From: Macrostomum lignano
Lineage: Eukaryota
Direction: 5' to 3'
Length of the DNA stretch: 64,000 nucleotides
Assembly: GCA_002269645.1 (NCBI GenBank)
Contig: NIVC01003225.1
Span: forward strand, 24,883-88,882
The notes beneath the pieces are model-generated. The model did no database searches. It was not told the DNA's origin and was given only the letters and a program-made list of their open reading frames with translations. Positions 13,471-24,744 of the stretch are shown piece by piece. The stretch's first letter is position 1, and each line of letters starts with the position of its first letter. The position numbers and the translations under genes were made by a program.

Positions 13471-13892
13471 AGAGACACAAACCTTGAGTGGGCCGGATTG
13501 CTATTGCGAAGTTTCAAAGGATCCGAAGGCCGGTGGCCCGCGGGCCTCAGTTTTCCGAGCCCTGGAGTAGAGCATTATGTAGGAATCCAACCCAGGAACT
13601 TTCTATATGGGTATCGAATACCGTAGCCCATACATGTCAATCATACATGTAGGTCTAAGTTATATGTTCTATTTATTTAACGCTTCATCGATTTTCAGTT
13701 GTAGCTAAAAATACCTTTTGTTGAGCACATATACCTCTACGCTATATGTAGTTAAATAATGTATTAACATGACATGTTACGCATGCAAAATGTCTCCATT
13801 GATTGCAACCTTAAATATTGTAGATAAGCGTCGGAGTAGTGGGTGACGATGAAATCAGACCAGATGGTAAGAGAATTTTACCATTTTAACAA

Positions 13893-14417
13893 GTGTTTTT
13901 TGTCTCTATGCGCCTGAATATATGTCACTTTGGTGTGCTGGCACCCCTGGTGCTGGTGCTAGTTTATTTGTACTTCTGGAGTATTAATGGGCCAAGCGTT
14001 ATTTACTCGATCCCCGCAGCTTTAAGCGCAATTGGCCCGCTAACTTGCTTCAATCCACTGGCGCTCGTCCGTTTGTCAGAGCAAATACCAGCGCAAAACT
14101 GTAGCAACTTGTCTGACACTTTCCGAGTCGTGAACGATTCCTTGATCGTCCGAGTTACAGGTGTCTACCTGCTCAAGGCTCGATTGTCCGGTAATGTGTC
14201 ATTCGAAATTCGCTTGAACAGCCGAGACACTGTGCTGAGCTGCGACGCTCAGCGGACAAACAGCTGTCGGATTGTGGACTGGATCGAGTTGCGCGCCGGG
14301 GACGCCCTGCGCATTTTTGCTATGACGGATGCGAGCTCCGTGAGAACATTCTTTGGCGAAACCAATCTCAATCTTATGCTGATGCCCAAGATTGATGCTC
14401 GTCTTGATCAACATTAA
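13893..14417 (+). CDS. Putative type II membrane protein with a TNF/C1q-superfamily-like C-terminal domain (possibly a last exon)
   Basis: Hydrophobic segment GVLAPLVLVLVYLYFWSI, then NDSLIVRVTGVY, IELRAGDALRI and TFFG, which match TNF-homology strand motifs; non-repetitive sequence. Confidence 0.5.
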   Translation: MFFVSMRLNICHFGVLAPLVLVLVYLYFWSINGPSVIYSIPAALSAIGPLTCFNPLALVRLSEQIPAQNCSNLSDTFRVVNDSLIVRVTGVYLLKARLSGNVSFEIRLNSRDTVLSCDAQRTNSCRIVDWIELRAGDALRIFAMTDASSVRTFFGETNLNLMLMPKIDARLDQH

Positions 14418-15689
14418 CTAGCCTGCTGTTTATCGCGGGCTGTGTGTTTTCTAGCGCATGTGTTAGCATTGGGAATTGAACCATGATTGAAATTGATCGA
14501 CTCTCTTAGATATCAGGGATGGGATAGCTCACAAAAATTAAATTCAGTTTTCCAGCCTTGTATATGCGCGTCAGTTTATCCAATAGACAATATATGTGGG
14601 TCCTGAAGGGGATCAAAAGCGATAATTTGTTGGGTAGCTGAACAGTCGCTTAAAAATTGACTCATAACTTGTACTTTTGAGGTGCTTCTGTGCTTTATCC
14701 TTTAAAAATTTTAAGGGCTGCGATCGATGGATCGATAAAACAGTCACGGAGGCTGCCCTGGAAAGCAGTAGATGGATACTGTTGCCAGTTAACTTTTATT
14801 GTAGTAAATTCCCTCAAGTTATATTTATTCTGCTTATAATTTACATACGACTGAATACGTACTAGATGTAAATCATGGGCACGCTTCCTTCAAGGATTAC
14901 TGCAGCAGGACTTTTTTACAAATGAATTTCAGAACTGATAAAAAAGTATTTGATTTTTCTATAACTTGCTCAAGTTGTTTTAATCGATCCGGCTGTTTTG
15001 TTTGATTTGTTATAAATCAAATTCCGGATATTTTTTATTTAGCTAATTACTGAAGTATAATGCAATGCTTAGTTAGAATACAATTTAATTACAAACTGTT
15101 CTTGTTAATCAACTTTAATGTGACATTACGGCCAATAACAGAGCCGATCTCTCGCTCATCTGATTATGTAATCCCTTTGGTATTGTTTTAGCTTATAATG
15201 TGAAATGAAAGCGTGTTGTACATATATTCCAGTCCATCTCTCTCCTGCACTAATCCTTATCAACATGCTTGAAAACATGCTTTAATTACAATTATACAAG
15301 CAACTTCAGCTTTCGATTAGTATATTGCTAATTTTTCCAACCATCGGAAATTGCATGTCTGTGCATCCTGCGTATTCCATGTCGACATGGTACATGTACG
15401 TCATGTGTGAATTGAAACGGTTCTAATTCATCATCATTATGCCGTAGCTAATTTGTCATCTCATGAAATATCATGCTCAAGTAGCTACTATTCTATAGTT
15501 TGTACAGTATGAGTTTCAAGCAAAAAATCTATAAAAGTCGTTTTAATTGATAAACGATACGGCAATAGTGGCGTAAAAAATAATATCCACGTAGAAGCGA
15601 CGCATTGCGAATTATCTGACAGTCAAACGTAACAACGTACATGTTATTATAGTGTACATGTACATGCATGCATACATGTACATGAACTA

Positions 15690-16650
15690 CTGAATCTGGT
15701 TCCGGCGCCGGCACTGAACCTGGCCGGCGACACCCCGGAGAAGCGCAAGAATAAACTGCGCGACTTCTTCGCCGGCATCGTAAACGCGCCCGCGTCGCCG
15801 CTGCCCGCCAGCTTTGCGCTTCCACTGGACACGCCGCTCCCAGCTGAGGAGGACTTCTGCGCCCATCAGTCACCACGGTGGACGTTGTGCTGTTCGCTCG
15901 AAAAACATCAGGTGGCAAGGCGCTCGGCCCCGGCGAAGTCCCGGTCGCGACGATGCGGCTCCGCTATGTGGCCTCCCAGGTCACAGGCGTCATGAGCCGC
16001 CGTGCTCGCCGGCGCCCCGCGCCCACCGAGTTGACCGTCGCGCATCTCGTGCCGACCCCAAAGAAGGCAGGGACAAAGCGGAAAGAAGACCACTGCGGGA
16101 TCTCGCTGATGTCCTGCACCGCGAATCTCTTCAACAGGCTGCTGCTCGATCGTCTGCAGTCGGTGCTGGACCTGCGGTACGAGCAGAACGGATTTTGGCC
16201 CCAGTACAGTGCCTCAGATCCTCGCATTCTGCCGTGTCATCGAGGAGGCGCGCATCCGCCATGCAGTCTACGCCGATCATTTTCTTCGTTGACTTTCGAA
16301 ATGCATTTGACTCGGTGCTGAGAGCCGCGCTTCCCTTTGTCCTTCGAGCCTACCGGGTACCCCAGCAGCTAATTGATGCTGTCATGGCACTGTATTGCGA
16401 CACTCTCGAGCTGCTGTGGTGACGGCGGTCGGCCTGTTTGACCTGTTCGACACTTCATCAGGAGTTCTACAAGTGGGCCTGTTCTAGTGGGGTCAGGCCC
16501 AAACTCGTCGATACGTGGACTGCCTCTTGTGCGACGCTGGGGCGCCCGACACTGCTAACGGGGTGGACTTTGTTTGGCGCGGAGCTCCCAGGCTCTGCGG
16601 CGTGCACCATCTGACGCACCCTTGTTGTTGTTGCTGCTATTGTTGTTCAT
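15690..16650 (+). mobile_element. RTE-like non-LTR retrotransposon remnant (N-half of RT plus 3' tail)
   Basis: AHLVPTPKK, GISLMSCTANLFNRLLLDRL, EQNGF, FFVDFRNAFDSV and VMALY are RT subdomains; frameshifted; ends in (TTG)n. Confidence 0.8.
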
Positions 16651-16829
16651 CAAAATTGGAAGCACAGTACTAGTATCCAGTTAAAGTTACTAGAGCTAAT
16701 CGAACGAGAACAAGGTCCCCAGGTTTGCTACACTGCTAAGAGCTAGGGCGGTATTCCATTATACAGAAATGTCTTGTCTTGTTGCCAGAATCAATAAGGC
16801 TAATCTGGTAGCGATGCTCGTTTAATAAA

Positions 16830-17650
16830 TAATAGAGAAATGAAGGCCAACACCAACATATAAGAAATTATTATAATAGCCAACGCGTTTCGACACAAGC
16901 GGTCATCTTCAGGGCTTGCACTCATGATTCACAGTTCAGTATACTTAAATAGAGAAAATCAAAAACTGTACATGGCAATAGACAAATGGGTTCAGTCCGG
17001 TCGATAATTGTACATTAAGAGACGAAACTATAATAAATTATTTGGCCATCACACAGAAAACGCAACCACAGAGCAAACAATATTGGCGGGGAGAGAGCCT
17101 CAAACCCACACCAAAGCCTAGAAAACCTTGAGCTGTAAACTGGCTCCTCCACCTGCAAGCTGAGTATTCAAACTAGGTCTATGATGCTTAATGTGCAAGG
17201 CTTCCAGCACTCTGAGCTTGCCATCAAATCTACATCTATCCAAAACAGTGAAAAGCTCAGTCGGCTCATGCTCGGCATTGCAACTAAGCAAGTGATCATG
17301 CACAGCAGAGTTATTCATTCTATGCTCCCTAGCCCTAGTGTACAGGTGCCTTTTGGTTTTTCCGATGTAGGAAATGCTCTGATCACCAGAGCAACAAAAT
17401 TGATAGATGACACCAGCAGACAGAGCTCTAGGGGCCTTCGACTTCAACTTGCTAACAAACTGGCCAATTTTGGCGGTCTGAAACACAACCATGACCCGAG
17501 AGTTGAAATACTTCAAGAAAGTTCTTTTAAGCTTCTTTTCCAGACTCAGGGACGGGACTCCAAGGAATGGGAGTTTGCGTTTGTGTCGAAACGCGTTGGC
17601 TATTATAATAATTTCTTATATGTTGGTGTTGGCCTTCATTTCTCAATAAG
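16830..17650 (-). mobile_element. 5'-truncated Penelope-like element: GIY-YIG endonuclease fragment (17118-17516) with inverted pseudo-LTR copy
   Basis: GVIYQFCC..SYIGKTKRHLYTRAREH...LEALHIKHHRPSLNTQ. About 16835-16899 is repeated in inverted orientation at about 17582-17647. Confidence 0.85.
16878..16916 (-). ncRNA. Minimal type I hammerhead ribozyme motif in the PLE 3' end
   Basis: Minus strand reads AGCC-CUGAAGA-U-GAC(cgcuugu)GUC-GAAA-CGCG-UU-GGCU: conserved core, 3-bp stem II, palindromic stem III (ACGCGU) and 4-bp stem I. Confidence 0.65.
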
Positions 17651-18279
17651 GCTAATGTTTTATGCATACTAGTTATAATGTTTATGCTTATGTTTATGCA
17701 ACATAAGTTATAATGATACTGGTTTGGTTTATTGCTTAAACTAAAGTATGGTTTTAGTATGTAAAGACGGACAAAGTATTTGTAAATTGTATTTTTTGTT
17801 ATATCTATCTTAAACTTAAAAAGTTCCTGGAAAACAGAAACGGCTATTAGACAGGCCTTTTGTGGTAGGCGCGGCCTCCCACTGCTCCCACCGAACGAAA
17901 CTTTGTTTCCGCCGAGTGGATTTGCTCACCCAGTGAATTGCGCATTTTTTTGACGTCATTCCCTGTGAGGAATCCGCTTTTCGCCTAATGTAAATTTCCC
18001 TTCCCACCTCCCGTAATGTTTTGTTTTACAAACATCCCGTGTTTTTCCCTAGGGTCCACCCGGTGTTTATTCGTCACCACCCGGTGTACCCTCCTCTCTC
18101 CCCACCTGGTGTCTCTCCTGTCCCACCCGGGGTAAGCCCTTTTTCCTCCCGGTGGCTCATAAGAGCACGTTTAAGAGTCTGCGCCCCTCCTTTCCAGCCA
18201 GACTCTCGACTGGAACCCCCCTTCTCATTTGAATTTCACCCGTCCCGAACTCCGAGCTCCAGATATTCGAGGGGACCCT

Positions 18280-18655
18280 AGTAGTATATACGATACAAAA
18301 TTGCCAGCAAACCGTTCTCATAATTCAATCAATTTAACCCTTTATCAGTGTGAAATGACTCATTTTCCCTTCACATCGCTCGTCTTCACTTCGCTCGTGT
18401 TCATTACCGCTCGTCTTCACTCCGCTCAACTCGCTCCGCCCATCCTCGCTTCATTTCTGTCAATTTCCCAATTTCACACTTACAACACTTCCCAACACTT
18501 CCAACACTTCCAACACTTCCAACACTTCGAACACTTCGAACACTTCCAACACTTCCAACACTTCCAACACTTCCAACACTTCCAACACTAACAAACACTC
18601 TATAACCCCAGGCCGCGCCGCAGGCGCGAAGGGTCTTTTTCTGTTACTAAAAATA
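18280..18655 (+). repeat. Left TIR of Maverick copy 1 with an expanded 9-bp (AACACTTCC)n array at about 18483-18590
   Basis: Matches 30887-31255 and the reverse complement of 48400-48770. Confidence 0.85.
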
Positions 18656-18662
18656 GACAAAA

Positions 18663-19073
18663 ATGACACACGTTACACATATACAAAATCTGAATGAATT
18701 TCAAATAGGAGACCCAGTTGAATACCGAGGTGAGGGTCTTTTTGATGTGGTTGGAACAGCAGCAAATTTCGTTAAAGATAATATGGGTCTTATAGGCCAA
18801 GCAGGCTCTGCAGCAGGATCTATAACAAACGCTGTAAAGGGCGGAATCGAAGCAGCTAGGGCAGCAGAAGAACTAAAGAAATTGAGAGAATTTAACGACA
18901 CCCTCTCACAAATAAAAGCAATAAAAGATTTGAAACTAGCGCAGGAAGCAACTCAAGCCGCACAACCAACAGAAACCCCCACGAAAAGCACACCAATAAG
19001 TAATAAAGATATTCAGGATTTTAATAAAATGTTAACCACAATTAAAGGCGGAAAAGGATTAAAGAAATTTTAA
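18663..19073 (+). CDS. Maverick small putative core/structural protein (136 aa)
   Basis: Intact homologue of 47984-48389; YRGEG-LFD followed by an amphipathic helix; ends IKGGKGLKKF. Confidence 0.7.
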   Translation: MTHVTHIQNLNEFQIGDPVEYRGEGLFDVVGTAANFVKDNMGLIGQAGSAAGSITNAVKGGIEAARAAEELKKLREFNDTLSQIKAIKDLKLAQEATQAAQPTETPTKSTPISNKDIQDFNKMLTTIKGGKGLKKF

Positions 19074-19083
19074 CAATATAAAA

Positions 19084-20073
19084 ATGGACTCAGTTAATAA
19101 CGATCGGCTATATTTTATAGGAGAAATTGTGGATACTTTAAATCTAGACGATAACAAACATAGTCACGCAATGTTAAAAAGATTGGATCGCTTAGGCAAA
19201 AAACTTGACTATGATATCGATACATTTAAACTTGCTTCAAAATATGCAAAAGAAGGAAGGCCAATATCCTTTAAGAATCACGGTAGAAACTATAGGCTAA
19301 CAGACTCCGATGTGAAATTTTTATTGGAGACTCACACTAAAAAGGACGGCGGGTTGCTACCCATTTTACCAATACTTTTGGGTCTCGGAGCAGCCGGAGC
19401 AACCGGATTAGCAGCCAAAAGAATTCACGATAACAGAAAACAATTAGCTGAATTAAAAGCAAAAGAAGGGGGTATATTACCCCTCGCAACTTTGCTCCCA
19501 ATAATTTTTGCAGGAATAGGAGCAGCCGGTGGAATAGCGGGAGGAGCCGCCGGAATCACAAAGGCAGTAAATGACAAAAAAGCAGCGGATGAAAAAGCTT
19601 AAAGAGATGCTGAATTTCAAAGACAGCAAATAACGCAGGACGCACAATTCAAACAAAAACTTATAGATACAATTAATAGTATCTCAGCAACAGCAGAACA
19701 AAAAAGAAATGCAGAAGCTAAATTAGCAGCCGGAAAAGGTTTAATTTTAAAAGGTACAAATCACGGCGACGGTTTAATTTTAAAAGGAACAACCCAAGGA
19801 AGCGGAGTTGTCGCAGATAAACTACATGAGTTTGGGCAAACTTTAGAAAAAACGGGTGAGAAAGCTAAAGGATTTTTTGACAATATTGGAGCTAATTTTA
19901 GGCCAGCCGTTCAGAAGATTTTTAATAAATTGGGAAAAGATTTTAACATAATTGAAAAACACGACGGAAGTGGATTATATCTCGAAATGCGACCAAAAGC
20001 AGGTTCAGGAATCTTCTTAAATGCAAACGTTATGGGCAGCGGACTACTGTTACCGAAAGCGGATCTCGAATAA
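19084..20073 (+). pseudogene. Maverick protein with tandem GG-LLP hydrophobic peptides; in-frame TAA at 19600
   Basis: Homologue of 47014-47973, which has AAA (Lys) at the stop position. Confidence 0.8.
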
Positions 20074-20099
20074 ATATTATATAAATTTTATTCTATAAA

Positions 20100-23000
20100 G
20101 TGGAACAAAGACTGACCCCAGATCAGATTCGACAACTTCTTGCAAATGAGCGCGAACAGTTCAATCGATTACAAAGACAGGTTGAACAAATTGAACAGCG
20201 CCAAAGACAAAGAGAAAGACAGAGAGCAAGAGAAAGACAGAGAGCGAGAGAAAGAGAAAGGCAAAGACAAAGAGAAAAACAAATAGAAGATCAGCAAATA
20301 AAAGAATTAGCAAATAATATAAGGGCATGAAATGAAATGAAGCGTTTAATAGAAAACGCTGAATATGAAAAAAGAATAGCAGAATTAGAAAAAAACCAAA
20401 AGAAACCCATACGTCGGAAACCGCGGAATAAATCGGATGAAAAACCACTAGAAGAGTTTATTAGGGTTTATCGATTTGAACCAATGCAGAACGTCCTAGA
20501 TTGAAACCCAACTTTCAAACGGATATAGTGTTGAAATTACAAACGCAAGAGTACAATATTTTTATAACAAAACCGGAGATGATCGCGAAGAGATTAATCA
20601 ATACCTAGCAACATTTTATAATATAAGTCAGTTTCAAGCTTGGTTTAAACATTTGGTAGAAAACTACGACATGAATTTAAGTGTGTTTTACGGAAGACTT
20701 AAAATGACACCAAATGAAATTACACTTAAACACGAAAGGTCAAAGCAGGGTATGGGCACAAACGTCATGTGTGAAATTAGTGAATATCAAGACGAGTACT
20801 GTTACATACCTAGTGATGGAAATTGTTTCTACAAGTGTGTTCAATTTATTTATGGTGATAAAGCCCCATCCAAAGACGAATATTGTGCTTGGTTGTACGA
20901 CTCAAGAACCCAAAGAGGTTTAATGACAAATTCAAGAATTGGAAAATTCAATGAATATTTTAATCTGAACATAGGGTTGTATAATCCTAATAATCGTGGA
21001 ATTGAACCGAAGTCTCAAAGAGGGATTCACCACGACTGGCTATTAATAAATTACTATCACACAGCCGATTATCACATTGGTCATTATTGCCTTATATCCA
21101 ATAAACAAAGAGGAATCGCCCTCGATCGGATAAAAGACAATTATAAAGTAGTATTTAAAAACCCAACGTCTGAAAATGTTAAAGAGCTAAAAATTTTCAA
21201 CACATCCACAAATCCCAATAAATCAAATGTATACATATTTGATTTTGAAACATATTTAAATTATAATCAACAAGCATGCCCGTATGCAGTTGGTCTTTTA
21301 AACTATAACGACTTTTCTAATAATTGTAACGAAAGCCCAGAGACAATAAAGAAACTAACTAAGATCTTGATATCAGATCGCGGTTGTGATTTTCAAACAG
21401 ACGGAGCTAAGGTTGACTGTGTTAGAAAAATGTTTAAATACCTTGGTACAGTTAGGTCAAAAAAGATTGTTTTGATGGCACACAACTCATCCCGCTTCGA
21501 TTCGTACATACCACTATTTTGTAATATAAAACCAATTAAAATTCTTAAAACCCCAAGAGGAATATTATCAATCACTTTTGTAAACGATTACGCGTCAAAA
21601 GCGGTTAGGGCGTTTATAAACAAAGATAAGAAGAAGAATCACAAGGATTCGAAACAAACCATTATGATGCTTTGCTCATATCAACACGCCTCAATGAGTT
21701 TAAAAAAGTTTTGCTCGTCAATGACAATTAGAGAGGATTTGCGCAAGACCTCAATGGTTCATGAAATTACCGAACACGACTACCTAGAGCGCATGGATGA
21801 ATGGTATGAATATTTACAATTTGATCTTATTTCTTTATGTGCCTGTATTCATAAGTATAATGAAATAGCATATGAAATTGGAGGAATGACAATGTTTGAT
21901 ACTCTTACATGTTCGAGTTTAACATTAAAATGTTGGTTTAAAGATTTTGTTAGAGTTGAAGACAAAATGAAACAATACCTAAAGACAAAAGAAAAAAGTA
22001 ATTACATTAAAAAAGTTGAAGAAATAATATCTCCGTTGAAAATCGAAGATTATTTTGACTTGAGCAAACTTGAAAAAATGAAATACCAAACACTATTAAG
22101 AAAATAATTTTCGGTTCACTCTCATACCAATCCTTATATAGGAAGGTTTATGCGGGACGCAGTCAAAAGAGGCAGAGTATTTGCATTAATAAACAAATAC
22201 GAAAGCGACTGTTTTCAAACAATCGTAGACATCGTAAAAGATCATTTAAAAATACCGACAAGCGAGCCATGTGAGGTTATATCAACTTATCTCAAAAGCG
22301 ACATGGAAGAAAAAAAGAAAATCGCAATTAAACTAAAAAACCAATTGGGTACTGTATCAGATTGCTTAATGAATTTTGATGGAGTCTCATTGTACCCATC
22401 CGCCATGTCTGATAAGGATAGTGAATATCCAAGAGCAGAAAAGGCAGAGTTTTTGATATAAGTGAGGAAAATGATTTTTTGACACAATTTAATTCACAAA
22501 CCTTTCGACCAAAAACAGCGGTTTTAAAGATTATGTATGAGAATCCCACCAGCGTTTTTCTTCAACATCTCCCATCGAAAGATAAAGAGAAATTTTATAA
22601 TCCGGAAACAAAAGCAAATGAAACAAAAGCATTAAATAGGTTTAGCAACGGAAAGGTAATCGACACCTTATGTTCCGTAGACATACAAGAAATTGTAAGA
22701 ATGGGTGGAAAAATATTAAAGATATACAGCGGAATTGTATATGAAAAAAATTACGTTTCAGAATTATATTACAAACCTTTTTGAAATGAGAAAAGTATTT
22801 AAAAAAGAAAATAATGAGGCGGGTTCTGAATTGGTAAAAACATTGTTAAATTCCTTATATGGTAAAACAGTTCAAAGAGACATTACTTTCACAACTCATC
22901 TCTGGAATTTGCTAACATTAAAAAAAGAATACGACGACATAATCAAGTCTAATGAGAAAATATGTGATGACTTATTTTATGTTGAAAGAAAGAAAGACAC

Positions 23001-23665
23001 ACAAGAATATTTAGATGACGACGATATTCCTACAACAGGCCTTTGTCCGGCGCAATTAGGGATATTTATCTTAGCTCATTCAAGAAGGATCATGAATAAT
23101 TTTATCACGTCTATAGACGGCTCAAAGACTCCAGAAATTTATTACGGCGACACCGATTCGTTATATATACATAAAAAACATTGGGACACATTAAATAAAA
23201 ACGGGCATGTCGGGAATAATTTAAGTCAAGGAAAAACGATTATGGCGAGGGTGGAATTCTATTCGGATATTTTATCGCTCCTAAAATTAAATATTGTCTT
23301 TTGTTGAAAGACGATTTTATTATGGAAGAGAAAAAACATTTAAAGGATGTGCAAATGATAAGGTCAATTTTGCATCGTTTAAAACTTTATATGATGGACA
23401 ATCAATAAAAGTAAATAATAATGCTCCGTGGAAACGATCGTTTGAAGGTGGTATAACAATCCCCCAAAGCGGCTCAACAATATCAAAAACATATACTTCT
23501 ACGATAAACACATATAAAAGAGAAAAACCGGATAAAAACGGAGTTATGAAACCATTCTTTAAAAACTATTTTGATGACAAACCACAGCATGAACACTCAA
23601 TTGAATATTATAACAGTTTACTATTTGACGTTGACTATAATTGTTTTGAGTTCGATATGAACTAG
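20100..23665 (+). pseudogene. polB: Protein-primed family B DNA polymerase (terminal protein - vOTU - exonuclease - polymerase), disrupted
   Basis: GNCF...GHYCL (OTU); FDFET, HNSSRFD, YLQFD (Exo I-III); DGVSLYP, KTLLNSLYGK, YGDTDS. Stops at 20328 and 22105, a 4-bp and an 11-bp deletion relative to copy 2, and several 1-bp losses. Confidence 0.93.
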
Positions 23666-24445
23666 CACTTATCAAAAACTAAAGCATGTAATTGTTTAAG
23701 CATAATATCCTTTTCAATTTCAAATTTTATAGAACACCAATTGTCTTCACAGTCGGCAGGATAACTTAAACAATCTTTTATTTTTTTCCTAAGTACTTTT
23801 ATTCGTCTAACCAACCTATCAATTTCAATTTCAATTTCGTTCTCCGAATCACTGGTTTCGTATGAACTATTTGTTGAGTCGGAATCTTCTGAACGAACCT
23901 CCCAATCGTCTGAATTTAAATAATCTCCAAGTTGAAATATTAACTCACCCTCTTGTTCTAGATCATACTAGCAATCTAGTGCCCCCCTTCGGGGTGGCCA
24001 ATAAGCAAGGGACGAATCCTTTAAAATGAAAAGAATTCTTAGGGAGGGGGCTAGGAATCGAATTCTCATTTTAATTCTGGGGCTTATGTACCAATAAAAC
24101 ATGCTTGTTTAGAATTTTAAAACTGACAATTCAACCTACTTGCCTTCTTTCAGAGCAATAGCGTACTACTTCTGTTGCGGTGCAAGCAGTACGCTCTGCA
24201 ACGACTGGAAAAGCAACTACAGCTAAAAAAAGTCTATTAAACTGAACAATATCGTCTTTATTAATTTCCAACGAATTATCGAATAAAGACAGAACAGTTC
24301 AAAGCTATAGTCAAAAGGATAAGAACTAAGATGTTTTTGCAGAAGGCTTCGCCAACAAGATTTGTAAAATTAATAAACAGACAAGAAAATATAGCTTTCA
24401 CAGAGATCACAGTCATTACCCCTAAATAGAAAATATTCCCAAGAC

Positions 24446-24720
24446 AGCAAGCATCCCCCCCAGTAGCAAGCATCCCCCCCAGTAGCAAGCATCCCCTAAT
24501 ACTCCTAGCAAGCATCCACCCAGATAGCAAGCATCCCCTAATACTCCTAGCAAGCATCCACCCAGATAGCAAGCATCTGCAGATAGCAAGCATACCCCAA
24601 AAAATGTAGAAGCATCCTTCCAGATAGCAAGCATCCCCCAAATAATGTAGAAGCATCCTTCCAGATAGCAAGCATCCTGCACAAAGCAAGAATCCCTAAA
24701 TAGCAAGCATCCCTGGATAG
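24446..24720. repeat. Degenerate GATAGCAAGCATCC tandem repeats inside H1
   Basis: Same unit as the array at 57765-58600. Confidence 0.85.
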
Positions 24721-24744
24721 AAATAATCCTATACATGTAGCCAA

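Larger units (their letters stand above)
18280..23967 (+). mobile_element. Maverick/Polinton copy 1, truncated on the right and apparently internally deleted
   Basis: Starts AGTAGTATATACGATACAAAATTGCCAGC, the same terminus as copy 2. Colinear with the reverse complement of 43155-48770, then jumps to sequence matching about 31415-31540. Ends at a Helitron terminus. Confidence 0.9.

Noticed and set aside
11345-13626. S/L/P-rich and R/E/G-rich ORFs
   Set aside because: CT/GA low-complexity tracts.
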